A DNA stretch of 38,713 nt from Chthoniobacteraceae bacterium (lineage in GTDB: Bacteria; Verrucomicrobiota; Verrucomicrobiia; Chthoniobacterales; Chthoniobacteraceae): positions 1-38,713 of the forward strand of contig JANNXQ010000230.1 in the NCBI GenBank assembly GCA_031409655.1, read 5' to 3'. A program made the translations under genes and the position numbers. Shown here one piece after another: positions 16,243-25,916 of this stretch (position 1 is its first letter; every line of letters starts with the position of its first letter). The notes beneath the pieces are model-generated. The model searched no databases, was not told the origin of the DNA, and saw only the letters and a list, made by a program, of their open reading frames with translations.

Positions 16243-17202
16243 TTACTCGACCGCCACCGTGGCGATCACGGGGCGGTGATCGGAGAGCCACGACCAGCCG
16301 TGTTCGCAGCGCAGCACGCGGGTTTCGCGGCTGAGCCAGATGTGGTCGAGGCTGAGGACGGGCACAGGCAACGGCCACGTTTCGGCCCAGCCTCGGCCGG
16401 CGGTTTCAAAGGCGTCGTGGAGCTTTTCGCGGAGCGTAGAAGTGGCGGGGGCATCGGCGGGGGTATTGAAATCGCCCATGACGATGAGGCGCGGTCCGGC
16501 ATGGCGCGCGGCCACTTCCCGGATCATGTCGAAGGCCGGTTGCCGCGGGTACCAGGGATGCGCAAAGAGATCGACGATGATGACCTTCCACGCGACACCA
16601 TCGATCTCGACGGCGACCACGCTGTAGATGCCGGACTCGCGCAGCGGCCCACTTTCCAGCAACTCCGCGCTCCCGCGCGCAATCAGCATCATGCCACCGC
16701 GCAGCGGCACAATGGAGCGGTCGGCAAAACGCTCGCGCCAGCCGCGCGGGATGTAGCCGTAGGTCGCGCCCGTCTCGCCGAGGCCGAGGAGATCGGCCTG
16801 GAGGCTGGCGGCGAATTCCGACGTCTTCGGTGCGCGCGCCGGTGGGCGGTCGGCATTCCAGTAGGCGATGCGCAGTTCGGCGGGCGCGTGCTGTGGCGGG
16901 TGCGCGCGGTGGCTGTGCGACCACCATTGGGCGAGGCAGCCGGCGGTGCAGAAAGTGGCGAAATTTCTGACGAGTCCGGGCCTTCTCCAGCGCAGCACGA
17001 AGACGGCGAACGCCAGCGCCGCGAGGACAGGTAGCGGCGTCGCGTAGCGCACCGCCAGGAGTCGCGGATCGCCGTCGTAGCCGGACGCGCGCAGGGCGAC
17101 ACCGGCCGCAAAGAGGAGCGTCGCCGAGAGTGCCGCGGCGCCCGTGAGCCAGCGCCAGAGGGTGCCGCGCCAAGTCCGCTGGGAAGCTGGGAGCTCAGAC
17201 AC
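16243..17202 (-). CDS. Endonuclease/exonuclease/phosphatase (EEP) family membrane protein
   Basis: N-terminal TM helices, YWNA, ADLLGLGE, IVMGDFNTP, LDHIW, SDHRPV. GTG 17202 overlaps the stop of the upstream gene. Confidence 0.85.
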   Translation of the reverse strand: MSELPASQRTWRGTLWRWLTGAAALSATLLFAAGVALRASGYDGDPRLLAVRYATPLPVLAALAFAVFVLRWRRPGLVRNFATFCTAGCLAQWWSHSHRAHPPQHAPAELRIAYWNADRPPARAPKTSEFAASLQADLLGLGETGATYGYIPRGWRERFADRSIVPLRGGMMLIARGSAELLESGPLRESGIYSVVAVEIDGVAWKVIIVDLFAHPWYPRQPAFDMIREVAARHAGPRLIVMGDFNTPADAPATSTLREKLHDAFETAGRGWAETWPLPVPVLSLDHIWLSRETRVLRCEHGWSWLSDHRPVIATVAVE

Positions 17203-20146
17203 CGACGGGAGTGCCTGTCGGAGCGGGTTTCGGCTCGAGGGCTTCAGGTGGGAGGAAGAAGGCGCCGGCGACCAACTCGTGGTCTTCATTGATCAGCTCG
17301 GGGTGGCGGCAGTGCGGGAGCACGTGGACGGCGAAGACTTCGGTGACTGAGCCCGAGAAGCGCAGGAAGGCGACCGTCTGCCCGCTGCGGACATCGAGGA
17401 CCCACACGCCGCACTCACGCTGCCGTCCGGCTGCGCTGATCGCGATGCCGCTGAAGGCCGCGGTCTCGCGCACTTCCGAGAGGCCGATGAAGGCGAACTG
17501 CCCGTGAAAATCCAGACCGCGGGTGAAGCCGGGCAGTTCGGCGACCGTGGTCAGTTTTCCGCTGGCGAGATCCACTGTGCAGACGCGGCCGGCGCCACTT
17601 TCCAGCACCCAGAGACGTCCGTCGTAAAAGCGCGGCGAGTGCGGCATGGAGAGGCCGCGCGCGATGGTCTCGCCGCTGGCCACGTCGAGCAGCACGCCGC
17701 CGTCGGCTTTGTGCGCGCGCCAGCTTTCGGCGCCATCGGTCGCGGCGTGGCAGGTGACGTAGGCGGGCGCGCCTTCGACGAGCGCCATGCCGTTGAGGTG
17801 GCAGCGGTCGTCGGCCGCGAGCGCGGTGATGAAGGGCGGGCGCCAGCGCGGGACGAAATTGTGGTAGCCATCGAAGGTGCAGAGGCAGGAGAAGCGCGTA
17901 TTCACGGCCCACAGCTCGCGGCCCTCGGGCCCGCCCCAGGCGATCTCGTGGATGCGGATGTCGCCGGTGACGTAGCGCACGCTGGGCAGGAAGACGGCGT
18001 CGTTCACGCCGACTGGTGGGAGCTGCGCGGCGCCTTCGCGGAAGGCGCGGAAGGTCCAGACATCGTGCCGCGAGCCGACGGCGAACTGGCCGTCGCGATA
18101 GGCGAGGCCCATGGGACTTTGAAAGTCACGGAAGTGCGTATTCAGCACACCTTCGTGCGCGCGCAGGAGGATGAGTTTCCCCGCCTGATACGTGGAGACG
18201 GCGATGGAGATGCCGAGGGCGTCGAGCACTTCGGGGAAGCTCGTGGTGTGTTCGCTGGAGAAATCGAGCGATGCGACGGGAGCGATCGAGGCGACGGCGG
18301 GAGCGGTAGTCATGGGCTTGGGCGGATGCGCGCGCACGGCGTCGGCGGCGCGGGTGGCGACTTCGGCGGTGAGTGGGACCACGAGGGCGAGATCGGCTTC
18401 GTTGCGCCGCCATTTCTCAGGATCGGGCGGCGTGAGCGTGTGGCGCGAATGCGGGAGCGGTGCGTCGAGTTTCACGTCCCAACGCCAGCCGGCCCACGCG
18501 CTGAGGCGCTCGGCGGCGGCTTGCGGATCGGCGCACACGTCTTCGTAGGAAAGCGCGCACCAATTTTCCGGCGGGAGCGCGGCGAGGTCGTCGAGGATCG
18601 CGGTGTTCGCGTCGCTCCACTGGCGCGCGGCGATCTCGGGCAACGGGGTTTTCGCGAGCTTGCGCCAGTCGGGCGTGAGGAGCAGCGACCACTTTTCCTC
18701 GCGCGGCCAGTCGGGCAGCTCGGGATAAGTGATGAACTGCTGCGAGCGCCAAGCGTCGAGGATCGACGACACATTTCCCCGCGGCTCGCGGTAGAGGAAG
18801 ATGAAGCGCGCGCCGGGGAAGGCGGCGGCGAGGAAGGGGATGCGCAGGGCGTTCTTCGGCGTCTTCTCCAGCATCCGCACGGAGCCGCGCGCGGCGGAGA
18901 CGAGGCGTCCGTCGCGATCGCGCAGGCGTTGGAAAAAGGAGATCTGCAACTCGGCGACGGTCTCCGGTTCGGCGTCGTCTGCGGTGAGGCGATTCGAGTC
19001 GTAGCCGCGGCGAGCGGGGTCGAGTTTCGGGAGACTTTCGATCACGAGATGGCTCTCGCCGCCGATCGTCCACACATCCGGCGAACGCGCGAGCAGCTCG
19101 AAGAGCATGCTGCTGCCGGAACGTGGGGCGGCGACGATGAAGACGGGGCGGTCGAGCGGGGCGGCAAGGAGTAGGGGCGCCCGCGCCCCGTGTCTCAAAC
19201 ACGGGGCGGGGGCGCCCCTACTCCTTGCGGCCGCCACCTCGGGATTCACCGCGGGCCGCACGATGGTCTGGCGCAGGGCTTCGAGGAGGGGGACACCATT
19301 CACGAGGCGCAGGTCGGTGGCGAGTTCGGGGAGGCGGGCGTCGAAGGCGGCGATGGTCTCACGATAGATGGGCCACGCGGCTTCGGCTTCGCGGTGTTCG
19401 GTCCAGAGGGCGTGCCATTGCTGGTGCAGGCGGTCGAGCGCGATGCGGAGGGCGGGCGGACGCGCGCTCTCGGGGAGGTGCTGCCACATGCGCTGGGCGA
19501 GGGCTTGCTGCTCCCAAGGGGTCATCACCAGGGGGAAGTTTTCGTCTTCCAGGGAGAGGACGGGATGGACGGAAGGGACGTAGTGGACTTCGCGGGGCGG
19601 AGCGCCGGTGTGCTCGACCAAGTCCCAGAAATGCGCGCTGCCCACGGTGTCGGCCACGAGGTGGATGCGCGGGGCCGTGACCGGGTTCACCACGTTGTGC
19701 GTCTTCCACGAATCGAAGATCCACGCTTCGCCCGCGGCCATGTGGACGCTCTTGTCGAGACACAGGAAGCGCACCTCGGGATACGTCACCGCCGGGACGT
19801 GGATGCGGACGTGGTGCATCCAGTAGTAGTTCGTGTCGATGTGCGGCGTCGCGTCGCTCTGGCCGGCGATGCGCATGAGCCGCGCACGGCCGATCACTGT
19901 GCCGAAGGACGCCAGCACCTGCTGGATGTAGGGACAGCGCGCGAGGTAAGGCGTGGGCCGCATCGGGCCTTTCACGTCGTCATTGATCCCGCCGCCCACG
20001 GAGACCAGCGGGAGCGCGGTATTGCCGGCGTGCCTCTGCGGATGCGCGCGCCATTCCTCCTCGGAAAACTGGAGCACCTCCGCCGCGAGCCGTGCGGCAT
20101 CGAAGCGCAGCGGCAGCTTATAAAATTCGGCGTCGAGCGTGAACAT
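17195..20146 (-). CDS. Tri-domain protein: Asp/Asn beta-hydroxylase (2OG-Fe(II)) + sulfotransferase + TIGR03032/DUF4915 domain
   Basis: Hydroxylase: PHIDTNYYW..HVRIHVP...GEAWIFDSWKTHNV..RIHLVAD. Sulfotransferase: FIVAAPRSGSSML...LEKTPKN...FIFLYREP..NVSS. TIGR03032: STYQAGKL, HEIAW, VNTRFSCL, FVPRWRPPFI, DRCHLNG, LSMPHSPR, PGFTRGL. Start ATG 20146. Confidence 0.88.
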   Translation of the reverse strand: MFTLDAEFYKLPLRFDAARLAAEVLQFSEEEWRAHPQRHAGNTALPLVSVGGGINDDVKGPMRPTPYLARCPYIQQVLASFGTVIGRARLMRIAGQSDATPHIDTNYYWMHHVRIHVPAVTYPEVRFLCLDKSVHMAAGEAWIFDSWKTHNVVNPVTAPRIHLVADTVGSAHFWDLVEHTGAPPREVHYVPSVHPVLSLEDENFPLVMTPWEQQALAQRMWQHLPESARPPALRIALDRLHQQWHALWTEHREAEAAWPIYRETIAAFDARLPELATDLRLVNGVPLLEALRQTIVRPAVNPEVAAARSRGAPAPCLRHGARAPLLLAAPLDRPVFIVAAPRSGSSMLFELLARSPDVWTIGGESHLVIESLPKLDPARRGYDSNRLTADDAEPETVAELQISFFQRLRDRDGRLVSAARGSVRMLEKTPKNALRIPFLAAAFPGARFIFLYREPRGNVSSILDAWRSQQFITYPELPDWPREEKWSLLLTPDWRKLAKTPLPEIAARQWSDANTAILDDLAALPPENWCALSYEDVCADPQAAAERLSAWAGWRWDVKLDAPLPHSRHTLTPPDPEKWRRNEADLALVVPLTAEVATRAADAVRAHPPKPMTTAPAVASIAPVASLDFSSEHTTSFPEVLDALGISIAVSTYQAGKLILLRAHEGVLNTHFRDFQSPMGLAYRDGQFAVGSRHDVWTFRAFREGAAQLPPVGVNDAVFLPSVRYVTGDIRIHEIAWGGPEGRELWAVNTRFSCLCTFDGYHNFVPRWRPPFITALAADDRCHLNGMALVEGAPAYVTCHAATDGAESWRAHKADGGVLLDVASGETIARGLSMPHSPRFYDGRLWVLESGAGRVCTVDLASGKLTTVAELPGFTRGLDFHGQFAFIGLSEVRETAAFSGIAISAAGRQRECGVWVLDVRSGQTVAFLRFSGSVTEVFAVHVLPHCRHPELINEDHELVAGAFFLPPEALEPKPAPTGTPVGV
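19164..19228. repeat. GTAG-type REP doublet palindrome inside a coding sequence
   Basis: GCAAGGAGTAGGGGCGCCCGCGCCCCGTGT-ctcaa-ACACGGGGCGGGGGCGCCCCTACTCCTTGC: 30-bp arms with one mismatch. Confidence 0.8.
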
Positions 20147-20261
20147 GGGAGCGCGATGGAGATTGCCCACGGAGACGGTCGCCGCTACCCCTAGGGCTCC
20201 GCGATGCAACCGCAGGCGACGCGGAATCACAATCGGAAACCCCCTCGGCCCCTTCCTCTCC

Positions 20262-22097
20262 ATGAAAACCAAACGCTTCTCCCGCGGGCTCTACGCCCCC
20301 GAACTCCTTGAGGCCCGGATCGCCCCGGCGAACTTCACCGTGACCAGCCTGCTCGACGATGGCGGCGGCGCGGACCGGACCCTGCGCGAGGCCATCGTCG
20401 AAGCGAACAACCGCCCCGGCGCGGACACCATCACCTTCGCCGCCGCGCTCTTCCCTGGCGGACTCCCCGGCACCATCACCCTCGCCGGCGCTGCGGAAAT
20501 CCTCATCACCGACAGCCTCACCATCAAGGGCCCCGGGGTGGACAAGCTCACGATCAGCGGGAACAACGCCTCGCGCATCTTCAACATCAATGACGCCGAC
20601 CCCACCAAACTGCATCCCACCGCGATCAGCGGGCTCGCGCTGCGCGACGGCAATGCCGCGGCGGGCGGCGGGGCCATCGTCTCGACGGAGTCCCTTTCGC
20701 TGACCAATGTCGTCATCCATTCCAGCGTCGCTGCCACCTCTGGCGGAGGCGTGAGCGTGGACACTGCCGGGAAGGTGGTCATGACCAATGTGAAGTTCAC
20801 GGACAACACTGCGACCGCGAATTTCGGCGGTGGATTGGATGCGCGGGCCGGCGGCGGGATCGTCATCACCCGGAGCCTCGTCTCGGACAATAGCGCGGGC
20901 GTCATCGGCGGCGGCATGCACCTGCGCTCGGGCAATGCCGCGGCGTCGATCGTCGTCGATGGCAGCACTTTCCTCGGCAACAGTGTGGGCCCCAGCGGGA
21001 GCGGCGGCGGGATCTTCCTCGAGAACTTAGGCACGGGAAAGTCGATCGTCCGCAACAGCACCTTTACTGGCAATGTGGCCGGCGCCAATGGCGGCGCGAT
21101 CCACCTCTACGATGGCCAACTCAGCGCCGAGCGCACCGTCTTTGCGCACAATCGCGCGGGCGTCGATGGCGGCGCGATCTCCAGCTTTGGGAGCGACGTG
21201 CTGAAGATCGCCAGCTCGCGCTTCGACCACAATATCGTGGGCCAGGATGGCGGCGCCCTCAATCTCGTCAACGCCACCGCGGCGAGCATCACTGGCAGCC
21301 TCTTCACCGGCAACCAGAGCACCGCGCGCGGTGGCGCCATCGAGGCCGCGGGCACCAGCGCGCTCTCGATCAAGACGTCCACCTTCAGCGGCAACCGCGC
21401 GACGACCGATGGCGGGGCCATCCACATCGCGGGGGCGGGCTCCCAGCTGCTGCTCACCTCCAGCGTGCTCAGCGGCAATACGGGCATGAATGGCGGCGGC
21501 GTCTTTGCCACCGGCGGAGCGAAGCTCACGGTCGCCGGGGGATCGTTCTTCAGCAACTACGCCAGCGACGACGGCGGCGCCATCGCGACCACCGGCACGG
21601 GGGCCGGCGCCGTCCCCTTGAGCATCACGGGGACGCACTTCCGAGACAATCGGGCGGACACCAATGGCGGCGCGGTCAGCGCCGCGGGCGACGGCACCGT
21701 GCTCGTCAAGGGCGCGCGGGTGCTCGGCAATTTCTCCGACCACAACGGCGGCGGAATGTATCTGCGCACGTCCACCAGCGTGGTCATCCAGAGCACGCTG
21801 TTTCAACACAACTTTGCCTCCAGCGACGGCGGGGGGCTGGCGCTCCGGCTCAATCTGGCGACCGCCGTGGGCACCATCACCGGCGGCAAATTCCTCGACA
21901 ATGCTGCGAGCCCGGGCGGTGGCATCTTCAGCGCCGGCGTCGCGGGCGCCGTGCTCACCGTCAAGAGCAGCCTCATCTCGGGAAATGCCGCCACGAGCGT
22001 CGGCGGCGGCATCGCCAATTTCAATCTCACGCTCAAGCTGGTCGGCAGCATCGTGAGTGGCAACTGGGCGCCGACCGGGCCGAACGTCTTTCCTTGA
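20262..22097 (+). CDS. Pmp-like right-handed beta-helix repeat protein with PVC-type leader, copy 1 (611 aa)
   Basis: Leader MKTKRFSRGLYAPELLEARIAPA, CSLREA-like 'TLREAIVEAN...GADTITF', many FxxN...GGAI repeats, no beta-barrel. Confidence 0.85.
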   Translation: MKTKRFSRGLYAPELLEARIAPANFTVTSLLDDGGGADRTLREAIVEANNRPGADTITFAAALFPGGLPGTITLAGAAEILITDSLTIKGPGVDKLTISGNNASRIFNINDADPTKLHPTAISGLALRDGNAAAGGGAIVSTESLSLTNVVIHSSVAATSGGGVSVDTAGKVVMTNVKFTDNTATANFGGGLDARAGGGIVITRSLVSDNSAGVIGGGMHLRSGNAAASIVVDGSTFLGNSVGPSGSGGGIFLENLGTGKSIVRNSTFTGNVAGANGGAIHLYDGQLSAERTVFAHNRAGVDGGAISSFGSDVLKIASSRFDHNIVGQDGGALNLVNATAASITGSLFTGNQSTARGGAIEAAGTSALSIKTSTFSGNRATTDGGAIHIAGAGSQLLLTSSVLSGNTGMNGGGVFATGGAKLTVAGGSFFSNYASDDGGAIATTGTGAGAVPLSITGTHFRDNRADTNGGAVSAAGDGTVLVKGARVLGNFSDHNGGGMYLRTSTSVVIQSTLFQHNFASSDGGGLALRLNLATAVGTITGGKFLDNAASPGGGIFSAGVAGAVLTVKSSLISGNAATSVGGGIANFNLTLKLVGSIVSGNWAPTGPNVFP

Positions 22098-22137
22098 GCG
22101 CGAGGAGCGGCGATTTGCAAATCGCCACTCCTTGCGC
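22098..22137. repeat. REP-like palindrome / hairpin between copies 1 and 2
   Basis: GCGCGAGGAGCGGCGATTTGCAAATCGCCACTCCTTGCGC is a near-perfect 40-bp palindrome starting right after the stop codon. Confidence 0.7.
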
Positions 22138-22168
22138 AGTCGCGCCCTGGCGGTCAGCATCCGCGGGT

Positions 22169-24007
22169 ATGAAAACCAAACGCTTTCCCCGCGGGCTCTA
22201 CGCTCCCGAACTCCTTGAGGCCCGGATCGCTCCGGCGACGATCATCGTCACCAGCCTCGCCGACGACGGCAGCGGCGGCACCACGCTGCGCGAAGCCATC
22301 GTCGCGGCGAATCTCACCGCCGCTGCGGATACCATCACCTTCGACCCCGCGATCCTGCCCGGCATCATCACGCTCAATGGCACCGAGATCGATATCACCA
22401 GCACTCTCACGATCAAAGGCCCCGGCGTGGACCGGCTCACGATCAGCGGCGCCGACGCCTCGCGCATCTTCGCCATCGACGACGCAGACACCACGAAACT
22501 GCACCCCACGACGATCAGCGGACTGACCCTGCGCGATGGCAACGCCGCGGACGAAGGCGGCGCGATCAATTCCAAGGAATCGCTCTCCCTCACCAACGTC
22601 GTCATCCACTCCAACACCGCTGCCAATGCCGGTGGCGGGGTGTATGTGGCCACCGTCGGCAAAGTGGTCGTCAACAACGTGAAATTCACCGACAACACTG
22701 CCACCGCAAAAGCCGGCGGCGGCCTGTATGCGGTGACCAGCGGCGGCATCCTCGTCACCAGGAGCCTGGTCTCCGGCAACAGCGCGGCCTTCGGCGGTGG
22801 CGGCCTCTATCTGCGCTCGCGGGATGCCAGGGCCGCCATCGTCGTCGATGGTTCCTCCTTCATCGGGAATAGTGCCGGTCAAAACGGCAGCGGACTCCAT
22901 CTCCGGAATGAGGACACCGAGAAGATGACGGTCAAAAACAGCACCTTCACTGGCAACACCGCAGGCGAGAACGGAGGCGGCCTCTATCTTAGCAACGGTC
23001 TGCTCACCGTGGATCGCACCGTCTTCTCCCACAACTCCGCGACCGAAGACGGCGGAGCAATCGCCGGCAGCGGCGGCGACAGCCTGAAAATCACCAACTC
23101 GCGCTTCGACCGCAATATCGCCGCCGAGGAGGGCGGCGCCCTCGACCTCGCTAGCGGAAACACCGTGAGCATCACCGGCAGCGTTTTCACCGGCAACCAG
23201 AGCACCACCGCCGGCGGCGCCATCTCCGCGCGGGCCACCGTGCTCACCGTGAAGACCTCCACCTTCGCCAGCAACTCCGCGACGACCAATGGCGGCGCCA
23301 TCAGCCTCAGTGGCGCCGGCACCTCCCTCGTGCTCGCCTCCAGCACCGTGAGCGGCAATGCCGCCGTCGATGGCGGTGGCGTCTTTGCCGACACTGGCGC
23401 GAAGCTCACCGTCACCGGCGGGGTCTTCACCGGCAACTTTGCGAGCGACGACGGTGGCGGCATCCATACCACCGGGACGGGAGTCAACGCCGTCAAGCTC
23501 AGCGTCACCGGCACGCTCTTCCAAGGCAACCGCGCCGCGAGCGATGGCGGCGGCGTCTTTGCCAGCGGCGATGGGACGGTGCTCATCAAGAGCGCGCGGG
23601 CTCTCGGGAATCAGGCGATCACCGGCGATGGCGGCGGGATGTATCTGCTCAGCAACGCCGCAGGAGCCGGCATCGTCGGGGTGGTCGTGCAGAGCAGCCT
23701 CTTCCAACACAACGTCGCCGGCGATGCTGGGGGCGGGCTCTCGATCACCCTCCTTGCGACGGGGACAGCGTCGATCACCGGCACCAAAATCCTCGACAAC
23801 CTGGCCTCCAGCACCGCCGATGGTGGCGGCGGCCTCGTGAACTTCTCGAGTGCGGGCGCCGTGCTCACCATCAAGAGCAGCCTCATCTCCGGCAATGTGG
23901 CCGCGACCGCGGGCGGCGGCCTGCTCAAAGGTTCCGGCACCGTGACTCTGATCGCCACCGTGATCAGCGGTAACTGGGCGCCGAGCGGGCCGGACATCTT
24001 CCCGTAG
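22169..24007 (+). CDS. Pmp-like beta-helix repeat protein, copy 2 (612 aa)
   Basis: MKTKRFPRGLYAPELLEARIAPA, TLREAIVAAN, FxxN/GGAI repeats; collinear with copy 1 through to GNWAPSGPDIFP. Confidence 0.85.
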   Translation: MKTKRFPRGLYAPELLEARIAPATIIVTSLADDGSGGTTLREAIVAANLTAAADTITFDPAILPGIITLNGTEIDITSTLTIKGPGVDRLTISGADASRIFAIDDADTTKLHPTTISGLTLRDGNAADEGGAINSKESLSLTNVVIHSNTAANAGGGVYVATVGKVVVNNVKFTDNTATAKAGGGLYAVTSGGILVTRSLVSGNSAAFGGGGLYLRSRDARAAIVVDGSSFIGNSAGQNGSGLHLRNEDTEKMTVKNSTFTGNTAGENGGGLYLSNGLLTVDRTVFSHNSATEDGGAIAGSGGDSLKITNSRFDRNIAAEEGGALDLASGNTVSITGSVFTGNQSTTAGGAISARATVLTVKTSTFASNSATTNGGAISLSGAGTSLVLASSTVSGNAAVDGGGVFADTGAKLTVTGGVFTGNFASDDGGGIHTTGTGVNAVKLSVTGTLFQGNRAASDGGGVFASGDGTVLIKSARALGNQAITGDGGGMYLLSNAAGAGIVGVVVQSSLFQHNVAGDAGGGLSITLLATGTASITGTKILDNLASSTADGGGGLVNFSSAGAVLTIKSSLISGNVAATAGGGLLKGSGTVTLIATVISGNWAPSGPDIFP

Positions 24008-24009
24008 GC

Positions 24010-24027
24010 GCCGCTTCGGGCGGCTTT
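24010..24027 (+). terminator. Possible weak intrinsic terminator
   Basis: GCCGC-TTCGG-GCGGC-TTT just after the stop of copy 2; both stem and U tract are short. Confidence 0.3.
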
Positions 24028-24107
24028 CCAATTGCCCGCGGGGACCGGCCTCGCTAGGCCTTGTGGTGCGCCGATGCAGTCGTACTGGCGCGTTCGGACT
24101 CCAAACC

Positions 24108-25901
24108 ATGATCACCAAACGCTTCCCCCGCGGTCTCTACTCCCCTGAAGCCCTCGAACCCCGCATCGCTCCCGCGACCATCATTGTGGACAGCCTGCTC
24201 GATGACAACGGCGCCGGAACCACCCTGCGCGAGGCCATCGTCCAGGCCAATGGCACGCCCGCCGCCGACACCATCATCTTCAAAGGCGCGGCCCTCGAAG
24301 GCGAGATCGCCCTCGCGCTGGGCGAGTTGGTCATCACCGAAAGCCTGACCATCAAAGGCCCCGGCGCCGGCAAGCTCATCATCGACGCGGGCGATACCTC
24401 GCGCATTTTCAAGATCGACGACGGCAACAGCAACCTGGTCAAGACCGTGAGCATCAGCGGGCTGAGCATGGTCGAGGGCCATGGTGTCGGCGCGGAGAGC
24501 GGTGGCGGCATCCACAGCCGCGAGTCGCTCACGCTGACCAATGTGGTCGTCTCCGGTTGCGTCGCTGCGGCGGGCGGGGGCGGCATCGACGTTTCCACGG
24601 CGGGCAAGCTCGTCATCAAGAACAGTATCATCAGCGGCAACAGCACCACTGGCGGCGGCATCTACCACAGCGGCGGCGGGCTCTACGCGGTAGCCGGGGC
24701 CGGCATCCAGATCGTCGGCTCCACCATTTTCGGCAACACCGCGGATAAGCGCGGCGGTGGAGTCAACGCGAGCATCCCGGCGGGCGGCACGGGCGACATC
24801 CTCATCGACGCCTCGACCATCGTGGGCAATACCGGCACCGACGGCGGCGGCCTCTCGCTCTCCAATCTGCGCAATCCCAGCGGCACGCTCGTGGTCGGCA
24901 AGGTCACCGTGAAAAACTGCCGCCTCTCGGGCAACAGTGCCGCGACGGAAGGCGGCGGCCTCTTCCTCGACGATGGCGTCGTGACGCTCGACCGCGTGAC
25001 CCTCAGCAACAACACCGCGGCGATCACTGGCGGCGGCGCGGCCAGCAAGTCCGTCGAGTCGCTCACCATCAAGAGCAGCACCGTCACCCACAATCGCACC
25101 ACCAACGGCGCCGCCCCCGGGGGCGGTGGGATTTATGTCCAGACCGTCGGCAAGGTCGTCATCCAGAGCAGCATCATCTCGGGCAATACCTCCGCCAGCG
25201 ACGGCGGCGGGATCGCCAGCTACAACAGCACCGTGCTCCTCAAGAGCACGACCGTCTCCGGCAATACGGCCAGCGACGACGGTGGCGGTCTCTTCGGCAC
25301 CGGCGGAGGCGCCTTCACGGTGGAAAGTTCGCTCTTCTTCGCCAACCTGGCCGATCAAGGCGGCGGCCTGCACACCGAGGGCACCATCGCCGACGCCGTG
25401 CAGCTCACGATCAAGAGCAGCACCTTCCGCGGCAACCGCGCGGCCAGCAGCGGCGGCGGCATGGATACCGCGGGCGACGGCGCGGTCTCGATTTCCCGCA
25501 GCATTTTCATCGGGAACGCGACGGTCGGGGACGCTGGCGGAGCGATGTATCTGCGCAGTTCGGCGGCGATCGTCATCACCAGTTCGACCATCGTGCAAAA
25601 CGCCGGCGGCATCGGCGCCGGCGGTGTGGCCCTCGCCGGCACCGGCCCCAAGAGCATCGTGGGCACCCTTATCCGGGACAACTTCGCCATCACCGGCGAC
25701 GGCGGCGGCATCGGACTCTTTGGCACCGGCATCCTCACCCTCAGCAAGACCACCAGCGTGATGTACAATGCCGCGCTCGGGCAGGGCGGCGGCGTCTTCA
25801 ACGGCACCGCCGATGCTGCCAAGCTCCTCCTCAACGGCTCGAAAGTTCTCTCGAACACCGCCCCGACCGACCCGCAGATCTCCGGCCCCTCCACGCCGTA
25901 A
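24108..25901 (+). CDS. Pmp-like beta-helix repeat protein, copy 3 (597 aa)
   Basis: MITKRFPRGLYSPEALEPRIAPA, TLREAIVQAN, xxxN..GGG repeats. Upstream TTGCCC-N17-TAGGCC at 24032-24060. Confidence 0.85.
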   Translation: MITKRFPRGLYSPEALEPRIAPATIIVDSLLDDNGAGTTLREAIVQANGTPAADTIIFKGAALEGEIALALGELVITESLTIKGPGAGKLIIDAGDTSRIFKIDDGNSNLVKTVSISGLSMVEGHGVGAESGGGIHSRESLTLTNVVVSGCVAAAGGGGIDVSTAGKLVIKNSIISGNSTTGGGIYHSGGGLYAVAGAGIQIVGSTIFGNTADKRGGGVNASIPAGGTGDILIDASTIVGNTGTDGGGLSLSNLRNPSGTLVVGKVTVKNCRLSGNSAATEGGGLFLDDGVVTLDRVTLSNNTAAITGGGAASKSVESLTIKSSTVTHNRTTNGAAPGGGGIYVQTVGKVVIQSSIISGNTSASDGGGIASYNSTVLLKSTTVSGNTASDDGGGLFGTGGGAFTVESSLFFANLADQGGGLHTEGTIADAVQLTIKSSTFRGNRAASSGGGMDTAGDGAVSISRSIFIGNATVGDAGGAMYLRSSAAIVITSSTIVQNAGGIGAGGVALAGTGPKSIVGTLIRDNFAITGDGGGIGLFGTGILTLSKTTSVMYNAALGQGGGVFNGTADAAKLLLNGSKVLSNTAPTDPQISGPSTP

Positions 25902-25916
25902 CCACACGACCCTCTT

